NCBI GenBank assembly: GCA_951406725.2
Contig: OX597831.1
Coordinates: forward strand, 72,912,001 to 72,976,000
Source: Octopus vulgaris
Taxonomy: Eukaryota
Length of the DNA stretch: 64,000 nt
Reading direction: 5' to 3'
The translations under genes were made by a program, and so were the position numbers. Every line of letters begins with the position of its first letter. Position 1 is the first letter of the stretch. This document shows, one piece after another, positions 40,600 to 55,884 of the stretch. The notes under the pieces were generated by a model. The model made no database searches and had not been told where the DNA came from. It was given only the letters and a program-made list of their open reading frames with translations.

Positions 40600-41720
40600 T
40601 GAACTCTTTGAATAGACCTGGGCTCATAATGAACATGTTTATGCCATGTTCCTGATTAGGCTCATTACCACCAAAAACTTACAGAACTTGCCCTAAAAGT
40701 ACCGACCCTTTAGCCATACTCTTTGCAGTTTGCTGAAGTGGAGTCGGTGGAGCTTCCATATCCTCTTCTTGTCCTGCAGCTCATTCTTATTCTAATCATC
40801 ATCAGTTTCTCGTTAGATTAACATTTTCTATGGGACTCTAGCGAGTTATCTTCTCTGACCGCTGCAAACCCTACATCATTTACCATTGTCAGAATATCCT
40901 GCTGAACTTGATGAAAATTTTCTGCTGGTGTAAGCCATAGATACAGTGTGGCCATAGACACATTGGTTTCCAATCTTGGCACAAAGCCAGCAATTTTATG
41001 TGAAGTGAGTAAGTTGATTACGTTGACCCCAGTGTCCAACTGGTACTTCATTTATCAACCCCAAAAGGATGAAAGGCAAAATCGATTTTAAACTAGGTTG
41101 GTTAAACTTAGAATAGTTCTCAGATTTTGGGATTGAATGGTAAGAAACTACTTTGATTTCAAGTCACCTGCTGTATTTCCTTCCACAAGAAGTATTTGAT
41201 TAGTTTAGGAAGCATTAAAGCCTGAAATAAATTTTTCTTCCTGGCAAATATGTCATACAGGACATGGCTTCCAGAAAAGCCAAGTTTCATCACTATTCTA
41301 TGCATGTTCTGTAGAATGACCTTCAGTAATAATTTCCTTCAACTCCTAAAGATGATTAATAACAGCCTCTGTACCAGAATGGGGCACTTCACCAACCATT
41401 TTAATGTTGTGCAAATTATCAAATCAACCCTTAAACCTTTCAAACTAGTCTTTATTAATATGTGAAAAAAACAAAAAAAGGTTTCACATGAGAAATTTCA
41501 CCTTCCACTTTCAGTAAATTGCCATACATCACTTGAATGACCATCATGTCTGTGAACACATTATGTCCAGGATAATCGTTAATCCACACACTCAAGAGCT
41601 GATCAATTTTAAGAATCACTTCAGTTTTATGAAAAATAATGTCCAGGAATTCAACAGAAAAGTTGTTTGACTACATGACCTAATTTTATCTTTAGTGTTG
41701 CATATTGTTCTCACTCTAAA
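40600..41720 (-). pseudogene. Tigger/pogo (CENP-B-like) transposase remnant
   Basis: LLSVWIND, LHNIKMVGE, NSDETWLFWK, GNTAGDLK and a C-terminal DVGF..V.ED..LESH..SNE.LM. Many stops, plus a SINE insertion at about 40960-41090. Confidence 0.75.
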
Positions 41721-42033
41721 CATTGCAAGCTTTAAAGTTTTAGCAATATTGGTTTCAAATTTTTGCACAAGGCCAGCAATTTCAGAGGAGAAGGTAAGTT
41801 AATTATATTAACTCCCAATGCTCAACTGGTACTTAATTTATCAACCCAAGAAGGATTAAAGGCAAAGTCAACCTCGGTGGAATTTGAACTCAGAACATAA
41901 AGATGGACGAAATACCATGAAGCATTTTGCCTGACATGCTAACAATTCTGCTAGCTCACTGCCTTCATGTTTTTGGAACATTGCTGACAACTTCTGAAAC
42001 ATAATTCATTCATAAAAACATTGAGTTTAATAT

Positions 42034-44626
42034 CACAGGACAAGTGGTATGACACAGCCACTATAAAGTGAGATGACATCAACCAGTACAGAGAGTCATG
42101 TGTCAGTCATTGTAGAGTCATTGTATGAGTTCTCAGTTGGAGTTAAGTGTTAGTTACATGTTATAGTCGAATTCAAGTTACACTCAAGACGGTTCAAATT
42201 TGCTGTGATGCAGAGATATCAGGGATAGCATGATAGACAAAGTGGCGTATTACCATTCTGGTATAGAAGAGATACACTGTATCTGATACCAAGAAAATAT
42301 TGTGGCTACTAGAATAGGTACAACAGCTACAGTTACAACAGTGGCCACACATTATGACTGTGGAGAACACCACATCATAACAGTGGCAACAAGGATATAA
42401 ACAAGTCGTGCAGACAACATTAAAAAAAAATTTCATGTAGAGGAATTTTTTTAATTCACAAGGAGAAATTAACAACTCGACAGAGGAATAACGAATGTTT
42501 TGTACACATTTTATGAAAAATTCGTAAAATCATGGAAAATTTGTTGGCAGGTTTAGCTCTGAATTGCAACAACAACAACAAATGTTACAGCAACAAATAC
42601 TACAACTAATGAAATTGGTAACAAAACTAGAAAATATGTTTTTGCCAGATCATGTAGCGAATTCAATAAATGAATTTAAATATGACCCAAAAGAAACAGT
42701 CACTTTCAAGACATATTACCAAAAATTTGAACAAATTTTCTAAAAAGAATGTCAAGACTGGACTAACAAAATGAAAACATGTCTAATTTTGAGGAAACTG
42801 GTGACAACAGAACATGAAAAATACAGTTACTTTATACTGCCTAAAAAATCTTCTGACATAAATTGTATGTAAGATGTTCAGTGAAAAAAACCTCGTTCTT
42901 CAACACTCGTTGGAAGTGTTTGAACATTGAGAAAAGCAATGATGAAGACTTTACTACATATGCGTGTGGAGTGAACATGGAATGTGAGAGGTTTAATCTG
43001 GATAAACTAAGTCTTGATTCATTCAAATGCTTGATTTTTGGACCAGGACTTACTGCTAAAAAGGATGCAGAAGTCAGAGCGAAAATTCTTGCAAAGCTCA
43101 AAGTGAACCAGGATATAATCCTGCAGAAACTGTCAGAAGGATGCGATATGATATTAAAAGTAAGACATGATACAGAGGAAATGCAGAAATTGTTTCCAGG
43201 TAAAGCCAGAGCAGAAAAGTCTGAAGACGGATAGAGCGTTTCACAAAAAACATGGTAAATATCAGGATATAAATCCATGTATGGCATGTGGTGATATGCA
43301 CTTGAGGAAAGATTGTCCATTTGAAAAAAGTGAAGTGCCTTTGTTGTGGTAGTACAGGACATATTAAGTCGCACTGCAGGATTAAAATGACGAAAATTTG
43401 GAACAAATGAGAAAAAATTAATAATTTGTCATCAGAAAAAAGTTAGTACAACAAACAAAATTCCTCGAAACCAAATTGTTTCAAAATGCAATTAGATGCA
43501 GGTAGTAACATCACTGTCATAAATGAAAAAACATGGAAACAAATCGGTAAACCAAAATTATTTAGATCAAATAAAGTAGCATACGGTGTTAATGGAAGGA
43601 AATTATATTTTATCGGTGAATGCATTTGCAATGTAACTTTTTGAGGTAAAACAAAAAGGGCAAGTATTTATGTGTTGAAAATATCAAATTTATTTGGTAC
43701 AGAATGCATGGAGTTATTTAAAATGTGGGGGTACCCCCATAAGTGTTCTCTGTGGAAATGTGGTTAGAACGGTTAAAGGTTTGAATGAAGTCAGAGAACT
43801 GAGACAAAAAAATTTTTTAAATTATTTCCAAATGTTTTTTTGGAAGGATTGGGCTGTTGCACTAAAACAAAAGTGAGGATTGCTGTAAAAGAAAATGCAA
43901 GACTTGTTTTTAGGCCCAAATGGAATGTGCCATTTTTGGTGAGAGACCAGGTCAACAAAGAGCTGGAAAGACTAGTAAGTCTAGCTATAATTAAGAAAAT
44001 TAACCACTCAGACTGAGCAGCACTGATGGTTTATGCGAGAAAAAAAAAAGGAATAATAAACTAAGAGTGTGGGCAGATTTCTCAACAGGATTAAATGATT
44101 GTTTAGTGGAACACAACTTTCCATTCTAAGCCCAGAAGAGGTATTTTCAAAATTAAATGAAAGAGAAACTCAAAAATGGGTGGTGGGGATGAATAAAGTA
44201 AAATAAAATTACTTGCTTCCCAAAAAGAAAAAAACCAAAAGGGAAGAAGTTGTAGTGGAGATGGTACACCCCTCCCACGGGACAAGTGGTATGACCCAGC
44301 CACTATAAGGTGGGATGACGTCAACAGTATGGGGAGTCGTGTGTCAGTCATTGTAGAGTCATTGTACAAGTTCTCAGTTGGAGTTAAGTGTCAGTTACAT
44401 GTTATAGTCAAGTTCGAGTCACAGTCAAGGTAGACGGTTTAAATTTGCTGTGTTGCAGAGCTATCAGCGATAGCATGATAGACAAAGTGGTGTATTACCA
44501 TTCTGGAATAGAAAAGATACACTGTATCTGATACCAAGAAAATATCGTGGCTACTAGAGTAGGTACAACAGCTACAGTTACAACAGTGGCCACACATTAT
44601 GACTGTGGAGAACACCACATCATAAC
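42034..44626 (+). mobile_element. Gypsy LTR retrotransposon, internally deleted
   Basis: Left LTR at about 42034-42382 (5'-clipped) and right LTR at 44251-44626 (TG..CA). PBS TGGCAACAAGGAT at 42384 and purine tract before 44251. Degenerate gag (CxxCxxxxHxxxxC), protease (LDAGS) and RT start (LRVWADFSTGLND). Confidence 0.9.
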
Positions 44627-44874
44627 AATATCCAGCTTAATCTCTGTAGTATTCCTTTTTCATAAAACTACTTTTGTTTCTGCTTGATAGTCTCTTTCCA
44701 GGGTTCTCTATCTGGTACATTCACAGCTGGATCCAACAATAAGGGTGAAAGATGAGGAATCTACACCAAACAAAAAAACAGTTGAATCCAAGGAATGTAA
44801 CAATGTCCTGTTTCGGCTGAAAGTGGTTTGTGTTTATTAGCTCTGCTGCAAAAGCATTGACTGTAAAATGAGAG

Positions 44875-45105
44875 ATGAAAGGGGTGAAAGGGATGAAAGG
44901 GTTGAAAGGGGCGAAAGGGGTGAAAGGGGTGAAAGGGGTGAAAGGGGTGAAAGGGGTGAAAGGGGCGAAAGGGGTGAAAGGGGCAAAAGAGGTGAAAGGG
45001 GTGAAAGGGGCGAAAGGGGTGAAAGGGGCGAAAGGAGCAAAAGAGGTGAAAGGGGCGAAAGGGGTGAAAGAGGTGAAAGGGGTGAAAGGAGTGAAAGGGG
45101 TGAAG
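44875..45105. repeat. 9-bp minisatellite (GGTGAAAGG)n
   Basis: About 25 units read directly. Confidence 0.92.
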
Positions 45106-47059
45106 AGGAAGGAAATATTGCTTGATTAAACTTAGTAATAAAACTCAGGTCAGTTGAATTGGTGGACACAGACAAAAGATGAGGGTGTGGTGAGAAGGGA
45201 GCAGTTATATTGAGGTCAATGAAAATCAAGGTCAGTTGAATTGGTGCACACATAAAACTAAATGAGGATTTAGTTTTTAAAATTGTAATAATTTATTTAA
45301 GTTACTGTGCCAGTGGCACATAAAAGCACCGTCCAAACGTGGCCGATGCCAGCACTGCCTCGACTGGCTCCAGTGCCGGTGGCACATAAAAAGCACCATC
45401 CGAACGTGGCCGTTGCCAGCGCCGCCTTGGCTGGCTTCCGTGCCGGTGGCACATTAAAAGCTCCAACCGATCGTGGATGATGTCGGACACCCCCCTCGCA
45501 CCTGTGCAGGTGGCACATAAAAAGCACCCACTACACTCATGGGGTGGTTAGCGTTAGGAAGGGCATCCAGCTGTAGAAACTCTGCCAGATCAGACTGGAG
45601 CCTGGTGCAGCCCCTGGCTTCCCAGACCCCGGTCGAACCGTCCAACCCGTGCTAGCGCGGAAAACGGACGTTAAACGATGATGATGATGATGATGTAAGG
45701 ACAAAATTACAGGTCGTATTACAAAACTGATTCTTTACAATTTCCATAAGTACAGAATTCTATGACTAAAATTTCCATAAAGTAAGGAATTCCTTTATGC
45801 TAATACTTTAGCCAACAAGCAAATCTTCATGTAACAATAAGCCTGATATAATTTTCCAAGACAAAAATGATTATTTCCCATTAATTATTGAGATGTTATG
45901 ACTCTGGTACCATGAATTTGTAATCAGAACCCTAACCCTGCCAACTGGCAGGGGGCTTAGGGATAGGCCAAGAACAAGATGGCTGGATAATATCCAAAGT
46001 CTTGGTTGGACAAGTTTGGAAATCCATCCTGAAAGTGTAATGATGGTTGTTTCTGATAGGACCCTATGGAAGGGGTGCTGGAGGATTCTCCTCCCATGAC
46101 GCTCCCAGGAATAGTGGGCAGAGAAAACGGTTGGATGGAATTATTGACCTTGTAATACCAAATGGCTGTAATGTTATACAGAAGTGGAATGTAAAGTTAA
46201 ATATGACATCAAGATGGCTTTTGAATTAAAAATATTGCAATGGTCAAAGAATTTTCTATATGGAATTATTGGTTCAGATACAGTTATGGACAACCATTTC
46301 TGTAAAGGCATTTATTGATTACCTTGAGGTGCAGGTATGGGCATGTGATTAATAAGTTCACCTTGCAACCATGTGATTTCAGGTTTGGTGCCAGTTTTTG
46401 GCATCTTAGGCAAGTATCTTCTGCTACAGCCCCAGACTAACTTTGTGAGTGTATTTGGTAGCCAGAAGATGTGTGGAAGCTCATTGCATCAATCTGTGTG
46501 TGTGTGTGTGTGTGTGTGTCTGCATACATGTGTTTCCCCATTGCTTGATAACCAGTGTTGGTTTGTTTACGTCCTGTAACTTAACAGTTTGGCAAAAGAG
46601 ACCAATAGAACAAGTACCAGACTTCAAAAAATAAGTATTGGGATCAATTTGTTCAACTAAAACCCTTCAAATTCGTGCCCCAGCATGGCCACAGTCCAGT
46701 GGCTGAAACAAGTGAAAGATAAAAGATAAAGACAGCCATAGGCACATTCTAATAAACAGCAAGATTAGGGTTTATAAATACTCTCAGGGAATCCACTCAC
46801 ATGACACTTGTTAACCATGAATGTTTCTTGTTGACCTTTGACACGCTTGCAAACCCTTAAAATTCCTGTTGATCTTGAACATTTGCTAACCCTGAGCTTC
46901 CTTAATAACTTTGAACACTTACATGCCATATTCTCCAAGTTCTACCAAATTCTCCTTCCCAGAAAGAATTCTTAAAATATAACAACAACAACAACAACAG
47001 CAGCAGCAGCAACGACAACAATGACAATGACAACAACAACAATAATAAACCAGTTCTGA

Positions 47060-47962
47060 GGCACTGTAAAAAACATCATACAAACATGTTTATGGCTTGG
47101 ACTGATTTTAAGAAGGCAAATGATATGAGGCCTCATTCTTGGATCGTTGAATGCTTGCAGATGTTTGGTGTTGCTGACATCGCAAATTCTCTGATGCATA
47201 GCATGAAAGAGTGGAAAACCAAATTGCACTCAAGAAATGTATTCCTTGGAGAAGTTAATATTAAAAGGGGAATCTCCCAAGGTGACTCATTTTCTCTGCT
47301 ACTATTTGTAATTGCACTAATACCCATAAAAATGACACTTAGGAAAGTTAAGATGGGTTAACAATGTGGGAAGAAAGGCCCATCATTGAATCATCTTCTG
47401 TTTATGGATGACCTGAAACTGTTCGGGAAATTTGAAAAACAGAAAGATTTCTTAACCAAAACAGTCCAGAAGTGTGGTAGGGATATTGGTATGGAATTTA
47501 GGGTTACCAAATTCTCAGTACTTAATAGCAAAAGAGGGGAGAAAGCATCCTGCAGAGGATTGTGGTTACCATCAGGAGAGACAGACAACGGTAGTGGGTA
47601 TAGATATTTAGGAATTTTAGAACTGGATGACATTCTACACAGACAAATGAAAGTGACAGTCAGCGAGGCGTATCAAAAAAGAGTGAAGATGGTGTTGAAA
47701 TCCAACCTGAATACCAAATATTTGATTACCGCAATGAATATCTGGGCAGTTGCGGTGGTCAGATATAGTTCGTCCATCCTCAAATGGACAAAGGAAGAAA
47801 TATCAACACTGGATAGAAGGACGAGAAAATTATTGGGCACAGTGCACATCTTAACAAAAGTATTATCTGTTTGAGGTCCTTGTTGTGACTTGACAGATGA
47901 CTAAAGACTCCGGTGCATTTTTACCTACACTGTGTTACGAAGGAATAATAATAATAATAATG

Positions 47963-48021
<59 letters not shown>

Positions 48022-49243
48022 CTAAAACTAGAACAGCAATGGACCATGATAAAGCGATGGCAAGAAAAGCCCCTTCATGGCAAGTACTGGACTAAACTAA
48101 ATGCAAAAGAAATAGACAAAGAAAAATCCCAGCAATGGTTGAGAAGCTCAGGACTCAAAGCAGAGACAGAGGGTTTTTTAATTGCAGCACAAGACCAAAG
48201 CCTCCCCACCAGAAATTACCAAAAGCATGTAATGAAAAGAAATATAACAAGTAACTGCAGAATATGTGGAGATGGACAAGAAACAATAAATCATATTATC
48301 TCTGGCTGCCCAGTCCTGGCTAAGAAGGAATATATTCACAGACATGACAGAGTTGGAACCTACATACACTGGAAGCTATGCCAACATTATGGAATAACAA
48401 CAGAAAAAAGATGGTATAGGCACACACCAGAAAAGGTCACAGAAAACGAGAAAGCAACCATACTCTGGGATATGCCAATACACACAGATAGAGAAATTAG
48501 GGCCAATAGGCCAGATATAGTTGTCAGAGATCATGAAGAAAAAAAATGCTTTCTAATTGGTGTATCAATACCAGCAGATGACAACGTGTCTCTAAAAGAA
48601 ATGGAGAAACTTTTAAAATACAAAGACCTGGAAATAGAGGTAACTTGAATGTGGAATCTAAAAACAGAAACAAATCCTATCATAGTAGGCACATTAGACA
48701 TGATAAAAAAATATTCAGACAAATACATAACAAAAACACCAGGACTTACAAGTATATACAACTTACAGAAAATTGCACTACTAGGCACTGCACACATCCT
48801 ACGCAGAACACTTTCAATACAGTAACCATCAGAGCATCACAACAAATCACAGCACATACCCAAGGCACACAGAGCTGCATTCAGTAGTGAAGTGAAAGCA
48901 CGCTATAAAAATAAAACTACTGAATAATAATAATAATAATAATAAAACTACAACGATTTGAAGAGAGAAATATGAAGGTTGTGATCAATGAAGAGAGTAG
49001 ACGTGATCCCAATAGGAGTCGGCATGCTTGGAAGTATCAGCACTCAGCTAAGAACATGGCTCAAAAAGATTGATAAAATGTGAAGGTAGGACACCTACAA
49101 AAACCAGCATTGCTTGGAACTGCAAGAATTCTTTGCAGGATTCTTGAAACATGACCAGTAAACAAGTGTCACCCGAGTCTGCTGGTTGCGGACAACTAAC
49201 ACTTCCCATCATACACAGCTAGATAAGCTGAGAGTTTTCATCA

Positions 49244-49245
<2 letters not shown>
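47060..49245 (+). mobile_element. Old R4/Dong-like RLE LINE (RT remnant 47060-47870, C-terminus 48945-49245) with a younger copy nested inside
   Basis: WTDFKKAND..PHSW, RGISQGDS.S.LLF, HLLFMDDLKL and YRYLG; distal DLKREI..VIPIGVG.LG; (TAA)n tail. Confidence 0.8.
48018..48924 (+). mobile_element. R4/Dong-like LINE 3' fragment (CCHC knuckle + restriction-like endonuclease) in (TAA)n
   Basis: KPLHGKY, ETEGFLIAAQDQ, CRIC..ETINHIISGC, RHD and NRPDIV; flanked by (AAT)n. Confidence 0.9.
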
Positions 49246-49295
<50 letters not shown>

Positions 49296-49549
49296 CCTTC
49301 CTATTATACGCAAAAGGCTCAAAATTTCGGGCAAGGGGACTAGTCGATTATATTGACCCCCAATGTTTCACTGGTACTTAACCTATCCACCCCAAAGGGA
49401 TGAAAAGCAAATCGGCCCTGGCAGAATTTGAACTCAGAACATAAAGACAGATGAAATGAAGGTAAGTATTTCATTTGGTGTGCTAACAATTCTGTTGGCT
49501 CATCGCCTTAAATAATAATATTAAGGATGAGAATGTTGATGGTGATGAT

Positions 49550-50270
49550 GATGATGATTTCTTTTATTGTCTACATGGGCCCAAGACATTCAAGATTATA
49601 TCGAAGGATGAGATACAAACGCACAAAACAGGGAGTGGTGGGGCTAACATCGACCAAGGAAAAACATTACAACATTAAAGGATACAACGAAAAGATATTA
49701 AAATACAATTTAGAAAAATAAATAAATTGGATCCCCAGTAGCTGGGTAGTCCACTCAGGGTAACTGAGGGTAAACCCCACACAGAAAGACTTGGAATACT
49801 CTGCCAGCCCCAAGGCATGGGAAGTGCCATCTTCCAGTTTCTTTCCTCCTACTTCGAAAAACACACTCAGAGTAGATCCATTCAGCCTCTCCAGTCTTGC
49901 CACTCACACCCACCTTTCGATAAGCACATTGGAAGGCAGCACCTCCTTCTCTACCCCCACCTTCCTCTTCAAAGGATATTTGAAGAAACCGATGAGGGTT
50001 TGGTTAGATAGGAATCTTCAAACCTTTCTGACTGGTCTTCCATACAGTTTCTTTCACCATAGCCACTAAGCAGAGAAAGATCCGACTCCCTGCTCTGCCA
50101 AAAGAAGCTGGCGTGTCGATCTTCCCTATACACTCGGCGGACAGCCGCGTCTGTCTTACATGAGACCAGTAACTGCCCAACACAAACCCACACATCGCTA
50201 ATGTACGGACACCGAATGGATTCGTCCCCCCTGCATACATCACGAACAGATTCGGCCGTTGACACTTCCA
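49550..50270 (-). mobile_element. Probable L1/Tx1-like LINE 3' end
   Basis: Degenerate C..C..ES..CP...VW and LVAMVKETVWK motifs; AATAAA followed by an (ATC)n tail at about 49550-49570. Confidence 0.5.
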
Positions 50271-51074
50271 TGTCTGAACAGGTTAATACCCCACTAAGAT
50301 CAGGCAAAAGATCCGACATATAGTATTTCGCATATTTAACGTGAATTCCTTCCCATGTAGATGCAATCTTATCCATTCGTTTGTCCGACGCTTTAACGAT
50401 TCTACTAATTCACGGCTTTATTTCTTGTTAATCAGGCAATCGTTAGTACCAGAGTTACTTCCCTTCAAAAATCTGATTCGTGGTTCAAGGGACATAACTA
50501 CAATCTAAATCTGGATCTAATATTCCTGGATTTAAAAATAGCCAGCTCTGTCCTCAAGTTTATCTTGCTATACAGGGTAGCAGAAATTATCGGAAAGAAC
50601 TCAGTAAATTTTTGATCTGTCATTTTGCTATTGATTTCTTCTACAAGTAGAACGCTCCTGTTTCATATTTTGTGTTTCATTCTGTGTACTATACTGGTTC
50701 TTTTGACTTTCATTGCTATCTATTTTTGTTTTCCTGTCACCTTTTTACGCTTTTCCAATAAGTTGTAGAGCACCTCAGCCCCGTATACATTAAGATCATC
50801 ATCATCATCATCATCGTCGTCGTCGTCGATGCTGTTATTGTTGTTGTGGTAGTAAAGCTGGCAGAATCATTAGCACATCAGACAAAATGCTTACCAACAT
50901 TTCTTGCGGCCCTTTGCATTCTGGGTTCAAATGTTTCAGAGGTCAACTGTGCCTTTCCTCCTTTGAAGGTCGATAAAATAAAGCATCAGTTGAGTACTCG
51001 ATCTCCTCCCCTTAAAATTGCTCTCTTTTTACCAAAATTTCGAACATTTATTATTATTATTATTATTATTATCA

Positions 51075-51976
51075 TTCAGTAGTTTTATTTTTATAGCGTG
51101 CTTTCACTTCACTACCGAGCGCAGCTCTGTGTGCCTTGGGTATGTGCTGTGATTTGTTGTGATGCTCTGATGGTTACTGTATTGAAAGTGTTCTGCGTAG
51201 GATGTGTGCAGTGCCTAGTAGTGCAATTTTCTGTATGTTATATGTGTTTGTAAGTCCTGATGTTTTTGTTATGTATTTGTCTGAATATTTTTTTATCATG
51301 CCTAATGCACCTACTATGATAGGAATTGTCTCTGTTTTTAGATTCCACATTCTAGTTACCTCTATTTCCAGTCTTTGTATTTTGAAAGTTTCTCCATATC
51401 TTTTAGAGACACGTTGTCATCTGCTGGTATTGATACATCAATTAGAAAGCATTTTTTTTCTTCATGATCTCTGACAACTATATCTGGCCTGTTGGCCTTA
51501 ATTTTTGTATCTGTGTGTATTGGCATATCCTAGAGTATGGTTGCTTTCTCGTTTTCTGTGACCTTTTCTGGTGTGTGCCTATACCATCTTTTTTCTGTTG
51601 TTATTCCATAATGTTGGCATAGCTTCCAGTGTATGTAGGTCCCAACTCTGTCGTGTCTGTGAATATATTCCTTCTTAGCCAGGACTGGGCAGCCAGAGAT
51701 AATATGATTTATTGTTTCTTGTCCATCTCCACATATTCTGCAGTTACTTGTCATATTTCTTTTCATTACATGTTTTTAGTAATTTCTGGTGGGGAGGCTT
51801 TGGTCTTGTGCTGCAATTAAAAAACCCTCTGTCTCTGCTTTGAGTCCTGAGCTTCTCAACCATTGCTGGGAATTTTCTTTGTCTATTTCTTTTGCATTTA
51901 GTTTAGTCCAGTACTTGCCATGAAGGAGCTTTTCTTGCCATCACTTTATCATGGTTCGTTGCTGTTCTAGTTTTAG

Positions 51977-51979
<3 letters not shown>
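51075..51979 (-). mobile_element. Second copy of the same R4/Dong-like fragment, inverted
   Basis: Reverse complement of 48018-48924 with scattered substitutions and frameshifts; flanked by (TTA)n. Confidence 0.9.
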
Positions 51980-52026
<47 letters not shown>

Positions 52027-52412
52027 AGCAGTGAGCTGGTAAAATCTTAGTGGCATTTCGTCCGTCCTTACATTCTGAGTTCAAAGTCCACCAATGTTGG
52101 GCTACAACAAGTAACCTTAGATGCCAAGAACCCTCCTAAGTATCCTGGCTACACTAAAGTAGCTTTTATGCCTATTTCCTCTCTCCATCTGTTCAAATCT
52201 TTAGGGATGGTTCCTAATAGACCTAAAACTACTAGGATACATTTTACTTGCACTTTCCATAGCCTCTGTTAGGTTCTACTACATTATTTACATCTGATGA
52301 ATATTAGTCCTCATCTTGTTTGTTGCTAACACAACATTTCGGCTGATATACCCTCCAGCCTTCTTCAGGTGTCTTGGGGAAATTTCGAACCTGGGTTCTC
52401 ATTCCTAAGGTA

Positions 52413-52455
<43 letters not shown>

Positions 52456-53009
52456 GTGTGAGAGAGCAGTGCATGCCATCAAAGTGACACTGGGGTAAAA
52501 TATACGAAGCCCAGTATATCCGTCATGACTACCCGTCTGATAAGGGTACACCAGGCACATGCATCACAACCATATGTGCGCGACATGGTGATCTCATATC
52601 AAGATAAACAGCACATGACTTTGCAGGTGGGGCCCAGTTAGAATTTTCTTCAGGTTGAGTAACCCATCCCACTAAAAAGGTCTCTGAATAAGGGTTGTTT
52701 AAGGATGTTGAACAAAACGTCCATCTTTCCAAGGGTGAATTATCCAAACCCCAAAGAATCCCTCTCAACACATGGCTATGGTGCTCCCCAGTACTTCTGC
52801 CCGTGATCAGAGATGCACATATTGTCAGCCACTAAGGGACATACTCAACTGGTTAAGGTCAAACAACTGACAAGCAAATCTGTGGTATTGAGCAGATTAT
52901 TTGCTGTAACCCATCTTTTATACCAAGACAAAACAATGTACATGATAACACTTCAAATCAGTTAAGATCAGAAACCATGAGAGCCACTGCCTGGTACTGC
53001 GTCAGGGCA

Positions 53010-53012
<3 letters not shown>
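52456..53012. mobile_element. Unclassified ~555-bp non-coding insertion within (TTA)n
   Basis: Complex sequence with sharp boundaries, flanked on both sides by (TTA)n, inside the left arm of the 52280-54222 fold-back. Confidence 0.5.
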
Positions 53013-53934
<922 letters not shown>

Positions 53935-53985
53935 TCACTGCCTGGAATCAAACTTGGAATCTTGGGGTTTGATTCCAGGCAGTGA

Positions 53986-54048
<63 letters not shown>

Positions 54049-54109
54049 TAATAATAATAACATTGAAAAATACCTTAGGACTGAGAACCCAAGTTTGAAA
54101 TATCCCCAA

Positions 54110-54155
54110 GACACCTGATGAAGGCTGGAGGGTATATCAGCCGAAACGTTGTGTT
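54110..54155 (+). ncRNA. Minimal type I hammerhead ribozyme; mirror copy at 52328-52373 (-)
   Basis: GACAC-CTGATGA-A-GGCTG-GAGGGTATAT-CAGCC-GAAAC-GTT-GTGTT. Confidence 0.82.
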
Positions 54156-54301
54156 AACAACAAACAAAATGAGGACAAATATACATCAAATGTAAATAAT
54201 TCCTCATTCTCAAATATAGAACTTTGGGTCCTAGTACTTTGTTATTTTCTCTATACTTCTCATATGTATGTGTATGTGTGTTGTGTGCACATACATGAGC
54301 A

Positions 54302-54348
<47 letters not shown>

Positions 54349-54780
54349 CCTTGTCCTGACATCATATGGCATAAAAAGGCATCACCTTCATACAAATGAT
54401 GTTGCTTATTTCTGGTCTTGGACAGTTTGACCAGAGCTGTTATTTGTTTTGGCATAGTTTCTATGGCTGGATGCCTTCCTTAATGCCAACCACAATAAAC
54501 GGTGCACTAGGTACCTTCTATGTAGCTCCAGCATGGGCAAATTTTTACACATGAAAAGAATTAAGAATTATAAGGATAAAACAACTAGATTGCAAGATAG
54601 GAACAGTTTATTTATTAAGACAGCTTTCTTTGGCTTTCAGGAATTTCCTTGGGTTTTTTTTTTTATCTCCGAGAGCAAAACACCTCTCTTTTTCTGCTGT
54701 TGAACCATTTTGAGTAACAGCCGCCACATAAATAGGGACTGCAAGAAAGGAATGTATGTATGCATATATATATATATAGA

Positions 54781-54832
<52 letters not shown>

Positions 54833-55339
54833 GAGGGTAATAATGCCCTCTATATAATATAAATAAATATTTTCAAGTGAAAAAATTTACAGATTTTTTC
54901 TCTTATGAGGTTTTTCACGCTAACTACTTGATAATTTCTTATGAAGATTTTTATCCTATTTTTAAATTTTATATATATATATATATATATATGTATTTCT
55001 TTACTGCCCAAAAGGGGCTAAACATAGAGGGGACAAACAAGGACAGACAAAGGGATTGAGTCGATTATATCGACCCCAGTGCAAAACTGGTACTTTATTT
55101 ATCGACCCCGAAAGGATGAAAGGCAAAGTTGACCTCGGCGGGAATTTGAACTCAGAACATAGCGGCAGACGAAAATACCACTAAGCATTTCGCCCGGCAC
55201 GCTAACGTGTCTGCTAGCTCGCCGCCTTAATATATGTGTGAGCGTGTGTGTGTGTGTGTGTGTATGTATATATTATACATGTATTAAATTATTGCATACT
55301 AATATAAACACTTATTTATATATATATATACACACACAC

Positions 55340-55423
<84 letters not shown>

Positions 55424-55884
55424 GTATATATTTATGTATATACATACACACTCATATATAGCTGAAGGAAATGAGAAATGATGGGTGAATTATGAACAAC
55501 TCATTAAAGAGAATATGAAGCAGATTGTTTATACTTACTAACAAGTAGCAGTGGGATATAATGAGCAGAAACTGGATTGTCCCACAGTACATGGGTTCAT
55601 CAGGCAGTACTTGACTTTGGGTTTATCTTTCGGACATTTGAATTTATGCCTGATTGCTGCAAGAAGAGAAATTCAAAAGATTCAATGTCAGGCAGGGACA
55701 GAACAGGAGGGGGTTGAAGGGGAGCTGAGAGTAGTGAAGTGGAAGTAGGGGGGGTAGTGAGTGGAAGGGGGAGTAGTGAGTGGAAGGGGGAGTAGGAGTG
55801 AAGGAAATAGTATTCTTTCATTTGTTTCAGTCATTTGACTGTGACCATGCTGGAGCACTGCCTTTTTGCAGAGGTGGTACGACA

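Noticed and set aside
44868-45129. Collagen-like Gly-X-Y ORFs
   Set aside because: A pure 9-bp minisatellite with no signal peptide and no supported splice context.
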